Origin: an uncultured Candidatus Peribacteria bacterium
GTDB lineage: Bacteria > Patescibacteriota > Gracilibacteria > BD1-5 > JAGOOR01
Direction: 5' to 3'
NCBI GenBank assembly: GCA_964560015.1
Contig: CAZLKD010000001.1
Span: forward strand, 1-24,818
DNA length: 24,818 nucleotides
The notes beneath the pieces are model-generated. The model had not been told where the DNA came from, ran no database searches, and was given only the letters and a program-made list of their open reading frames with translations. The translations under genes and the position numbers were made by a program. Within the stretch, counting starts at the first letter, position 1. Each line of letters starts with the position of its first letter. This document shows positions 1 through 10,603 of this stretch, piece by piece.

Positions 1-125
1 AGACCGATGACAAGACTTGAGATGCCAAATCTTTTTGCAATTGAGACAGACCCCAATACGAGTATATCAGCGCCTTTTATAAGTATCGCAAGACCTGCGA
101 TAAGAAGAAGAATTGAGAAAATCAT
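1..125 (-). CDS. Ca2+/Na+ antiporter (YrbG/CaCA family), 5' part only; runs off the window
   Basis: ATG at 125-123 gives MIFSILLLIAGLAILIKGADILVLGSVSIAKRFGISSLVIG, near-identical to the N-terminus of the full antiporter at 23788-24741 (104/125 nt identical by manual count). Confidence 0.9.
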   Translation of the reverse strand, partial: MIFSILLLIAGLAILIKGADILVLGSVSIAKRFGISSLVIG

Positions 126-128
126 ACC

Positions 129-188
129 AGAATTATATGTATGATAGTCATAATTCCCAGCAAAGATCTGAAAAAGATCGAATAAGCT
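129..188 (-). promoter_or_regulatory. Conserved upstream element of antiporter paralog A (candidate riboswitch/leader or operator)
   Basis: Blocks AGCTTA, GATCTTTTTCAGATC, TGCTGGGAATTAT and ATATAATTCT are shared with 24745-24805. Pairings GAUCU/AGAUC, AGC/GCU and GAAUUAU/AUAAUUC are possible in both copies. Confidence 0.6.
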
Positions 189-336
189 GAAATCGATCTT
201 CATAGATGGGTATTAGTAGAAATCAGCGGGTGTGAAGCAACCCGTGTACTAGGGTAATAAAAACTCCAACTTTTCACCCCATTTTTGCTCTTAAAATACG
301 CTGAAAGCCTTATGGGGCTTGAAATGGATATTTGTC

Positions 337-363
337 AGGGTTCGAATCCCTTCTCCCCAACCA
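337..363 (+). pseudogene. tRNA 3' fragment (T-arm, acceptor strand, CCA); att-like remnant
   Basis: AGGG-TTCGAAT-CCCT-TCTCCCCA-A-CCA. No matching 5' half lies about 76 nt upstream. The acceptor implies a U1:A72 (Gln-like) tRNA, identity uncertain. Confidence 0.75.
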
Positions 364-384
364 AACGATACACTAATGATATAT

Positions 385-414
385 AGTGACTCTACTCCCT
401 AGAGTCACTTTTTT
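385..414 (+). terminator. Intrinsic terminator downstream of the tRNA fragment
   Basis: AGTGACTCTA-CTCCC-TAGAGTCACT 10-bp stem followed by a T tract. Confidence 0.8.
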
Positions 415-668
415 GTTTAAATTCAGCTATAAACCCTTTACGGGACTGATTAATGAGGGTAAGGGTGTGAGACCATTAGCCCTATGGAGAAGAGACACTA
501 ATTGAAGTTCTAAAGTATCTACATTATTCTTCTAAAAATAACCACTAAAAATTCATAAAATTAGTTAGAAATGGATCTAATATTTTTGGCATCTTTATAG
601 TTATATTTGATTGAAAAAGGGAATAAGATACATACAATTGAGATAAAGTTTTTAAAACGAAGTAAAAT

Positions 669-1199
669 ATGAATAATTTAGTTCCTCAAAATCTAAATAT
701 TGTTATTCTAGTAATGTCATTTATTACACTTTTAACCTGTTTGAGTCTACTCATATTATTTTTATACAGACGAAAACCAGTAGAGAATTCAGTTAAGTTC
801 GATGACCTGCTTTTAAAAATCTTGGCAGAAATTAAATCTTCTGTAACACCGAAGTTTATGAGTGTGTCAGTTGAGGCAAACGAGATTGCTGATCTTGCTG
901 TTGAAATATGGCGAATTGAACAACGTATTTCAAAGTCTTCTTCAAGTTTACCAGAGAATCAGCTCAAGGGTTTAGAAAATTCTACACTAAAATTGAGACG
1001 ATACCTTGAAAAGTACGATATTGAAATCGTAGACTACAAGGATCATAAGTATAACGAAGGTCTTAATCTCGACATTTTATCTGTGGAAAAAGACACTTCC
1101 TTGTTAGAACCAATTGTGAAAGAAACAGTTGAACCGACGATTATGCTTAAAGGCCAGCTCATTCGCAAGGCGAAGATAATTCTTCTAACCAATAGTTAA
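669..1199 (+). CDS. GrpE-like nucleotide exchange factor with N-terminal transmembrane helix (176 aa)
   Basis: Hydrophobic N-terminus, a helical segment, and a GrpE-type C-terminus (IVKETVEPTIMLKGQLIRKAKIIL). Ends 2 nt before the Hsp70 start. Confidence 0.7.
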   Translation: MNNLVPQNLNIVILVMSFITLLTCLSLLILFLYRRKPVENSVKFDDLLLKILAEIKSSVTPKFMSVSVEANEIADLAVEIWRIEQRISKSSSSLPENQLKGLENSTLKLRRYLEKYDIEIVDYKDHKYNEGLNLDILSVEKDTSLLEPIVKETVEPTIMLKGQLIRKAKIILLTNS

Positions 1200-1201
1200 T
1201 T

Positions 1202-3715
1202 ATGGCCAACCCACTAAACATACAAATAGGAATTGATCTTGGTACAACAAATTCATCTGTTGTCATAAATAACAATGGTAATATTGAAATTGTGAAAAAG
1301 CCCTGAGGCGTTGAGTATACAGCATCTATTTTTGGTTTTGATAAAGCAAAAAATAAAGTGGTTTGACAGAAAGCTTATGAAAATTATTACAAAGATGCAT
1401 CTGAAGATGAGATTAAAAACTACAAACCCGAAGTTAAGAGACTCATGGGTACTTCAGAAAAATTCCACTTTGAAAGAGGAGATATAGATATGGGGCCCGA
1501 AGAAATCTCAGCTGAAATTCTCAAAAGTTTAAAAGAGGATATTTTAAGAAAATATTCAGATTTTAATACTGTAGCAGCTGTAATAACAGTCCCAGCAGCT
1601 TTCTCAGTTCTTCAATCTGAGGCAACAAAGCGAGCTGGTAATCTTGCTGGATTTAAGCATGTAGTTTTATTGCAAGAACCTATCGCTGCAGCAATTGCAT
1701 CTGGCTTCACAAATACTAAGAATGAAAATTGGCTTATTTACGACTTTGGCGGTGGCACTTTTGATGTGGCATTGATCGCGTCAAAAGAAAGAGCACTTTC
1801 AGTACTTGGGCATAATGGTGATAATTTTCTTGGAGGGAAAAATTTTGATTTAGAGATCGTCGATAAAGTTATAGTACCAAAGATAATGGAAAAGTTTTCT
1901 GTTAAAAATTTTAACAGGTCAAATGAAAAATATAGAAGTGCTTTTTCACAATTAAAGTTTTTTGCAGAAACAGCTAAGATTGAACTTTCTGATTATGATA
2001 AGACTTCAATCGTCGTAGAAAATATTTGAATGGATGATGAAGGTAAAGAAATCTTCCTTACAATGAACTTCTCAAGAAAAGAATTTGAATCCTTGATTAA
2101 GCCAATGATCGATCGCACAATCGAACTTTCTAAAGCAACTTTGAAAGAGTCTGGCATTAAGAGCAGTTCTGTTGCAAAGGTGGTTTTAGTTGGTGGGCCA
2201 ACGCAGATACCTTATATTAGAGAAAGGATAGAGAACGATCTGAAAATAACTGTGGATTCGTCTGTTGATCCCCTTACTGTCGTTGCAAAAGGTGCTTGTA
2301 TATTTGGAATTAGCCAAAAGATTCCAAAAGAACTAATGGAGATCGATGAGAAAAAAGCTAATGAAGGAACTCTCTCTATAAACCTTAATTATGAATCTCT
2401 AACATCTGATACAGAAGAAACGATTAGTGGTGTTATAGAAAACCTTAAGGATTCAGAGGAAGAATTTTATATCCAAATCCAATCTGACAGCGGATTTTAT
2501 AATGGAACAAAAATTAAGCTAAAAAGTGGAAAATTCTTTGAAACAGTTGCTGTTGAGCCAAACAAACAAAATGTGTATTGGCTTTATCTTTTTGATAAAC
2601 AGGGTAATTCTGTTCCCATTGATCCTGATTCGTTCATTATTACCCATGGATTATCGGTATCTGGAGCTCCCCTACCTCATTCTGTGAGTATCATTGTTGC
2701 GCAAAAAGATTATACAAGAAACGTGGCCATGAATATTTGTGAGAGGGTTTTTGATAAAGGATCAATGTTGCCTGTAAAGAAAGTTCTTACAGAATATAAG
2801 ACCTCAAGAAAGCTAAAGAAAGGAGAAGAAAATGAATTAGGGATAGTTGTCGTTGAGGGTGAGTCTGAAATGCCCGATCGTAACGGATTTTTGTGTCAAA
2901 TTGGAATCAATGGTAAAGACTTACCACACGATTTACCAGAGGGAACTCCAGTAGAATTAACTGTCGTTGTAAATGAATCACGTGAAGTTTTTATCACTGC
3001 GTATATACCATTGATTGATTTAACTGTTAATGCCCGATCAACTTCTCATGATGAAACAATTGAACTTAAGAATATCGAGGAAGATTTAGAAACTCAAAAA
3101 GAAAGAGCCAAATTAGTTTCAGAAAGCTTATCACCTGATGAAAGAAAAGTCCTTGATAACAATATCCAGTCAGCACAAACAAGTGTTAGAAATGCATCAG
3201 TTGATGAGGATGAAAAGATGAAAGCAGATAAACAAATTAAAGATCTTAAAATAACACTTGATAATATTGAGAAAGAGAAAGAAATGCCCCAGTTGGTTAA
3301 GGAGTTTAAAGATGGGATCCAGGATACCCAATCAATTATCAATGACTATGCCGATGAGAAAGACAAAAGCACGAATAATGACCAATTGAGTAAACTTAAA
3401 ACTGAGGGAGAGAAAGCAATAGCAGATAATGATAAATCACTTCTGATTCGTATTAATGAACAAATTAAAGAACTCAGTTCTAAAGCGATATATTCAAACC
3501 CAGCTACATGGGTTCATCAGTTCAAAAAAATCATCGCTGGAAATCCAAATTTCATCAATGAAAAGGAAGCTAAATATTATATTCAGAAAGGAGAAAAGGC
3601 CATCGAGCTTGGAGATGTTGATGAAATAAAACGTTGTGTCCAAAACTTGTTAATGCTACTCCCTTCAGATCTACAAGAAACAATAAAAGATAATCTTTCT
3701 GGTATAACCCGCTAA
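1202..3715 (+). CDS. Atypical Hsp70/DnaK-family chaperone (837 aa, code 25)
   Basis: GIDLGTTNS, VITVPAAF, LQEPIAAA, DFGGGTFD, GDNFLGG, LVGGPTQIP, VAKGA. In-frame TGA at 1304, 1364 and 2027 read as Gly. Joins ORF-track fragments 1445-2029 and 2030-3715. Confidence 0.95.
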
Positions 3716-3718
3716 AAT

Positions 3719-5365
3719 ATGTCTCAAACACTTAAAAATAATGCTTATCATATTCTTGGTCTAGATACATCCGCTAGTGAGAAGGATATACTTAAACGTT
3801 CCAAGGAGATTATTAACCGTATCAAGGCTGACGAAAACCCTACCTATGAATTTGATATTGGATTATTCGAAGACTTTCGTACAGAAGATGCAGTAAAAAA
3901 TGCATTACAGGAGCTACAAGCCCCCAAAAAACGTATAAAAAATTACTTTTTCTGGTTTCAAATAGCAGACAGTATAGATGAAAAGGCTTTAAACTTCCTT
4001 AAGCTTAAGGATTTTTTAAACGCTATTCAAATTTGGCAAGATGCTTCTGAGGGACAGGGAACAAAAGCTTTCTTTTATAAAAAAAATCTGGCTATTCTAT
4101 ACTGTCTTATGCTTTCTGCAGAGGATAATAAAAAATATTTGAAAAATTCTCTGATTACCTGGAAAGAGCTTATTGATTCTGAAAAATTCTGGACTTCTTT
4201 TTCAAAAATTTATAAGCTACACGATGAACAAACAGCAAGTGAAGATATCATTCTTGATCTTAAAAATCATGCAATAAAATATCTGTCTGATATATATACA
4301 GAACTACATCATATTCATAAAAATAGTGGTTACGTTAATGAATTTCAACAAATATTTTCGATAAAAGGTGAAAAAATTGAGAAAAGTGTTTTATGACCAG
4401 CTTATCATGCTATCAATCAAGCTATTGAAGAACTTGAAAAAATGGAAGTAAGTAAAGACGGAAAATTTGATAAAGAAGAATCTGAATTAATAAAACGTCT
4501 TGTTGCCACCATACAAAAAGAGCTGAATAAATTGATTGATCTTGGGCTCTATGATGACAGTCAGACTAAAATAATGAGAGACCGTTCTGCTAATGCTTTA
4601 CGATCGATTGTTCTTGATCTGCATAACAACTTAGATGAACTGCATAAATCTCAGGGGTTATTGGAAGTAGCAATTAAATTAGCTGGTACGGAAAGTTTAA
4701 AAAATAAACTTGAAACTGAACTTCAACAGATTCACAAAAATATTAAAGATGAGGCTGACAATTCACTTGAAATAGAAATTCCTGGAACTTTTAAAAATAG
4801 TACTATTACTTTTAAAAATAATTTTGTTGAATATGAAAAAACAAAACTATATTTTAAGGATATTTCAGATATATCTTATGACTCAACGGCTACTACTAGA
4901 AAAATCTATGGTATAACAGTTTCAACAACATATACATATAGATATTCTATTAGTTCAGAGAAAGGGGATATAACAATCTCACTCTCTGCAAGTTATGATG
5001 AAAGTAAAGAAAAAGAAATTTGGGCAAAATTAATTGGATTATGATCTAGCCTGATAGAACCACTTATTGTAAAAAAAATTGTTGATCAAATATTTAATCG
5101 TGGAGAAACTGTACAAATTGGGCATATAGAGTTTACAAAAGAAGGATATTCAATAATAAAATATAAATTTTTTAGTAAAAATGAAAAACTCATGGTTTAT
5201 TGGTCAGACACAATATATATTCCAAAATTATATCAGGGGTCAGTAATTATTTGGAAAGATGAGAATGGTAAATGTGAGCAATTCACTAGTGTACCGATGT
5301 CGACTTCTAATTCAGTTCTACTGCCTGAGCTCGTCCAAGCTTGTTATAATAACCGAGAACAATAA
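3719..5365 (+). CDS. J-domain-like (no HPD) helical protein with beta-rich C-terminus (548 aa)
   Basis: N-terminus NAYHILGLDTSASEKDILKR resembles J helices I-II. Reads through TGA at 4394 and 5042 to TAA at 5363-5365. Confidence 0.75.
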
Positions 5366-5369
5366 AACT

Positions 5370-5963
5370 ATGAAAAATTCAAAAGACCATCTCAATATTG
5401 ATCTAGAATTCCTTGATAAAAAGGATCCACCTAAAGCTGTACATAAAAAAAACTCTAGTCCTGATAAACCAACTTCTAAACCCAATGGTTATAAATACAA
5501 ATGGGTAGTTATTCTGATTATTTGATACGCTATTTTTTTCTTTATAGGCCAAGAAAATTCTTCTAATAGTGGAACAAATTCATTGTCTACGACTACATCA
5601 CAGGACACTAGTGAGGACACTGTTAGAAATGGCCAATACCGATGTTCCAGTTATCATTCTAATCAGGCAGATTTGTTAAAAACAGACGAAAGTGAAGAAC
5701 ATATAACTCTTGCACAAAATTTACTAGAACAAAGAAGTAACGAACTGGATCGTCTAAAAAACGAAATTGATAATTCCTATGTAAACGATTCATCTCCACA
5801 GTACGAAATAGATAATTATAACGAAAAAATTGATACCTATAACGCAAAACTTGCTTCATATAAAAGAGACGCTAGCAATATGAGTGCTCGAATTGAAAAT
5901 TATAATGAGCAAATTAAGACGCATAATAACTACCTCATCACAAATTGTACTAAAGCTTATTAA
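5370..5963 (+). CDS. Single-pass membrane protein with coiled-coil C-terminal region (197 aa)
   Basis: ATG 5370, TGA 5523 within the TM segment WVVILIIGYAIFFFIG, a Ser/Thr-rich linker, Asn/Tyr heptad region and two Cys. Confidence 0.8.
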
Positions 5964-5969
5964 AATTCT

Positions 5970-7049
5970 ATGTCAGTACCTACAAAACCAATTTTACATA
6001 ACTGATTCCAAATAAGGGATGACCTTTCTGTAAAAAATCGTATCGAACGTATATTTTTCACAGAAATATACGAACTTTCTAACGGAAAATATCTATATCT
6101 TTTTACTAATATATGACCAGAGGAAGTAATTGATCGAGGGAAAAAATATGACTTAGTTACTATTAATCATGAGGGGAAAAAATACCTTAGTGTTATTATA
6201 AACACTCATTCACATGAAAAAATAACTGATATTATTGATGACCTGACTACTTTGAGTGGTTTTGATTGTGTTGCTGGTATGCAAGAATTAAAAGCTCTAT
6301 TGATTAGTGAAGTTATGGAACCTCTAATGAATCCAGAAAAGTTTCTAAAATTTAAACTCTCAATACCAAATGGTATATTGCTTTATGGGCCACCATGATG
6401 TGGTAAAACATTTATTGTAAAAAAATTAGCTGAAGAATTGAAATATAATTTCTTTGAACTCAGTCCTTCGTCCGTTGCTACTCCTTGGGTTCATGGTGCC
6501 GTGGGTAATATTGCAAAAGTTTTTGAAATGGCCAAAATGCAATCCCCAGCTATTATTTTTATTGATGAAATTGAGGGCCTTATACCAAAAAGAGAGGAAC
6601 TCTGATCCCAGGCTGATATTAAGAAAGAAGAAATAAATGAATTCTTGTTACAACTTAACAATGCAGGGGCAAATAAAATTTTGGTAGTTGGGGCAACAAA
6701 TAGGCCCCATATGATTGATACAGCAATTCTAAGATCAGGTAGAATGGATAAACGGATCTTTGTATGACCACCAGATTTTGAAGCTAGAAAAGATATGTTT
6801 AGAATTTTTCTTTCTGGACGGCCATATGATAAAAATATTGATTTCGATAAGCTCGCGACTATGACGGAGTTCTATGTCGGTTCAGATATTGAACTTATTG
6901 TCACTCAATCTGCTCGTATAGCTGTTGCAAAAGAAAAGAGTTTTATTGATGAAAAGATGATAATGGATGCATTGAGTAAATTTAAACCCTCAATTTCAAA
7001 AGAAGAAATTACATACTACGATCAATTTACAAATCTAGAACGATCTTAA
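5970..7049 (+). CDS. Classical-clade AAA+ ATPase (CDC48/FtsH-like single module, 359 aa)
   Basis: Walker A GPP(TGA)CGKT with TGA at 6396, Walker B IIFIDE, SRH ATNRPHMIDTAILRSGRMD. No protease domain. Confidence 0.93.
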
Positions 7050-7061
7050 CAACTTTATCTA

Positions 7062-7370
7062 ATGATTACTACTGAACAATCACAATATAGGATTTTATTT
7101 TCAAAGATTGCAACTATTGGATTATTACTTGCCATTGTTCCCATCTGGCCATACTTTTTTTATCAATTTCTCAAGCTGGTAGTATTCGGAACTGCAACTT
7201 TCTCAGTTTATTTATATCACAAGGAGAAAAATACTAAATGGATGCTAATAATGATAGTGATTGCTATCATTTTTAATCCAATTAATGCTTTATATTTTTG
7301 ACATTTTCTTTGGTCAATCGTGGACGGAATTGTAGCATTATTATTTTTCAAATCACCAAAAAGGAAATAA
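7062..7370 (+). CDS. Small multi-pass membrane protein, DUF6804-like (102 aa)
   Basis: WPYFFYQFLKLVV...IIFNPINALYF(TGA)HFLWSIVD pattern; stop TAA 7368-7370. Family assignment is from recall only. Confidence 0.7.
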
Positions 7371-7384
7371 ATTACATCGGAGCA

Positions 7385-8641
7385 TTATTGAATGCATGGA
7401 AGCCCCTCTTTCAGTACCATTTTCTCTCCAAATTGCCTCAGAACCTCCCCTTTGTCGCCGTCACTACCTCCTGTAAATATAAAATTCAAATATTCGGTCT
7501 TGGTTGTGATCTTGGCATTTTCTCCATGAATCATGTTTTGCATAGCGTTGATCTTGTCGACCTCTTTGGTGAGTTTTTTGTCGAGTAGTGGCTTGTAGCT
7601 CGTCATCGACTCACAGAGCTTCACAAGCCCCTCAATAAGGGCTTCTTCTCGGATATGTTTCTCATTACATGTTCCTTTACCTCCGTGGCGATTGCAACGA
7701 TAGTATATATACCTCTTTCCGTGTCTATTAAACTTCTCTTCTCCCGTGATTCCCGATCAACAACATCCACATTTGAAGATTTTACTGAAATAGAAGTGTT
7801 TACGACCCCAAACTCCTTTCGGTGGCACCTTTAACTTCTCTCTGGCTTGTTCGTATATCTCTTTCGTGATTAAAGGTGTGTGGTGACCCGTATAATGGTT
7901 ACCACTTCATTTTGGATACTCATAGTCTCAATAATAAAAGGTGCAGTCGAGCATCCGAAATATCATACTGAGAGTGAGCCGTTTCCCCCTCTTTGTTCGA
8001 AGTCACCTGTCATGAGCAAATTCCCATACCTGTCGACCACTGAATCCATCTTTTACAATCCACTCAAACATTTGTTGAACAATAGGAGCTCTAATGGGAT
8101 CGACAGCAACATGGCTCTTTTCAGAAACAATTCTACCTCGAACAACTTCATATCCTATAGGCACACCTCCTGGTCGCATACCAAGCTCACATTTTCGTCT
8201 CAATCCTCGTTTCACGTTCTTGGTTCGATTATCATTCTCCAGTTTTGCCTGGCTACAGAGAATCATCAGGAGAAATTTCTCATTGGGATTATTGGAAAAA
8301 GTTGATCCATGAGTGCGAATCTGTACAAGTACACCTTCATCCATCATATCTACAATAGACCCAAGATCTCCAGCATTCCTCGAAAGTCGATCAGGAGCCC
8401 AAGTAAGGATAGCATTGTAGCGTTGTTCTCTCAGACCGTTGAGAAGCTCCATATAGACCCTGCGTTGTCCTGAGGCTTTGGCTGATTTACTCTCGGTCAA
8501 TGTCTCAACAATTTCCAGTCATTCTTGTTCAGCGATCTTGTGCATCTCATTAATCTGAGAATCAATGGAAAGGGCCTGTTTTTCATCGGCTTCCGATGAT
8601 TTTCGTGCATACAGACAGTATTTGAGAGGTGTATCTTCCAT
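7385..8641 (-). CDS. Large serine recombinase (resolvase, recombinase and Zn-ribbon domains; 418 aa)
   Basis: KYCLYARKS catalytic motif, WAPDRLSRN, PIGY, KCGCCG...YYRC Zn ribbon. GAGAG upstream of the ATG at 8641. Confidence 0.93.
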
Positions 8642-8698
8642 ACTCTCATTAATGTATATTTCGACCCTCAAGTCTAGGCAAAAGTGCTAGAAAAGGCA

Positions 8699-10192
8699 CT
8701 AAATGATCCAAATTCCTACAGTATGATCCTTTTTTCCGAAAGCATGGTTGACCATAATGGTAAAAGCATCCACAAGGTCGTCATGTCGCTCTTTTCAGAA
8801 GCCCACAAGTTGTTCTACAAGCATGATTCATGCTTCTGTTTTAGGGAATTTGATTCTTCCAGTTTTGATCAAGTCAGTGACAAGGGCGAGACGTTCTCTT
8901 TTTGACCCATGAGGTTTAATGCCAACTATATCCATCCTCTGACCTTTTCGCAGATATTGCTCCATAGCAGCTTGATACCCGACCGTTTCTATGATAACCT
9001 CATGCTTGTTGTGTTTATGTATCCGTGATAGTCTTTGGTGATATTCCGCCAGTGTTTCGGCTGTTTCTGAAAAATCCATTTTTCGAGCGAAAGCGTCGAC
9101 AATGAAAAGGATTTTATGTTGCTTCCGTCACCATTCCCATCCTGTCACGAAAGCAGTGTAATCTGCAGCGGCACTTTCGGAAATAGCCAAGTCGACACCT
9201 GTATTGAGATCAAGAGGATGTGGTAAGCTATTACTATAACATCATCTGCGTTCATTAACCATAGCTGGAGCTGGCTCAGGAAAATTATCATACCAGCGTA
9301 TCCATTCTGGAAAAATTACTTGTCACTCTGCTCACGCATCTTCGAGCATATATTCAGTCCTCCAGGCGACCTCACTTCAGACAGTTCATTTGAGTTCGAT
9401 AATGTTTTCTTCTGAATATCTCTCTGGCCAGAGGCATTTTCCGTGTTCGTCCATCAACGGATATTTTCGGAAAACTCAATTTTTTTGACCGCTCTCGATT
9501 CGATCCTTCATCCTCATCAGGAGTGAATCACGGTGGAGCATATTCCCAACAAGGAATATACGTGTTTTTTTGAGATCACCGAGAGGGATGATTTCTTTGG
9601 TGAACCACTCAAATAATTTATCCCTTCCCTCTCTTGTTTTGATAGATTGTAGATCCTCGATGTCATCCGCAATAATCAATTGAGGTCTATTATTCCTATG
9701 TCTGATTCATCGGGCGGATTGATCCACTGAAACAACTGTAATGCGGGCTTGGGATTTAAGGAGAACGATAGATGAAGCGTTGAATTCGTCTCACTCTTCT
9801 CGAAAAGGTCAGAGGTCTTTGGAGAGAAGTTCATTGTTGATTATTTCCTCTTTCAAATTACGCATATACATCTTTGCCTGTGCTTGGGTCTGAGCAACGA
9901 TGACAATGAATTTGTAATTATTCTTACCCAGAATACCCCAGAGTGGAAAAGCAGTATTGATAATGGTCGATTTACCAGATCAACGAAATGCCATGATGGT
10001 AGTAAAGAGATTTGTCGGGTCTTCGATAAGATGAAACATCTCTTTATGAAACCACGCCATCGGTGAAGTAATGTAGTGGGCGAAATATATCTCGAAGAAG
10101 AGCTGGAAACTCTCACGAGCGAGTCCTCGTCGGATAGGAGCAGATTTTTCTATGGCTTTCATGTCTTTCGGATTTATAGGATTTTTTTTCAT
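8699..10192 (-). CDS. terL: Phage terminase large subunit (497 aa)
   Basis: Walker A FR(TGA)SGKST, Walker B LIIADD, nuclease motifs GVDLA, ADYTA and HDDLVDAF. Stop TAG 8701-8699. Confidence 0.9.
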
Positions 10193-10203
10193 AGTGTGAG
10201 GGA

Positions 10204-10599
10204 TTAAGATTTAGGATTGTAATTTTTGAGAACTCTGCGAATGACTTCTCTCTGTGCTTTGGTAAGGGCTTCTTTTTCTGGGGTATCAATAATCTCGATC
10301 TTGTTTCCATAGACCGAGTGTCTCGATTTAAGCCAGAAGATAATGGCTGTCATATTGCCGTCCTTCATGCCTTTCAGAAGCTGAGACTCAGCAACATCGT
10401 TCATAAGAAAAACTCATCTCTGAAGGGCTTTTTTCGCTTTCTTGGCAAAGACAGGATCACTTTGTAACCACCGATAATATGTGGATCTTCCAATGCCGCC
10501 TTTCTCACAAGCGATCTGAACAATGGGGGTCTTCTCAAGATGCTCTAAGAGTAGAGTTTTGTCCGTTTTGATACGGGAAATGATATTTTGTGTAGTCAT
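10204..10599 (-). CDS. Terminase small subunit-like HTH protein (131 aa)
   Basis: HTH ACEKGGIGRSTYYRW, then AIIFWLKSR. Lies directly upstream of terL. Two ORF-track fragments joined by TGA at 10414-10416. Confidence 0.7.
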
Positions 10600-10603
10600 A
10601 TTT

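Noticed and set aside
288-363. Intact tRNA gene
   Set aside because: No 5' acceptor strand, D-arm or anticodon arm at the expected distance; only the 3' part is present.
3094-3342. Minus-strand hydrophobic 82-aa ORF
   Set aside because: Antisense shadow of the Lys/Glu-rich Hsp70 lid region.
1202-3715. Calling this gene housekeeping dnaK
   Set aside because: It is about 200 aa too long, lacks the canonical linker, and its partners are non-canonical, so no gene symbol was given.
6396-6398. TGA as Trp (code 4) or selenocysteine
   Set aside because: Walker A and other motifs require Gly, TGG supplies Trp normally, and TGA is far too frequent for Sec.
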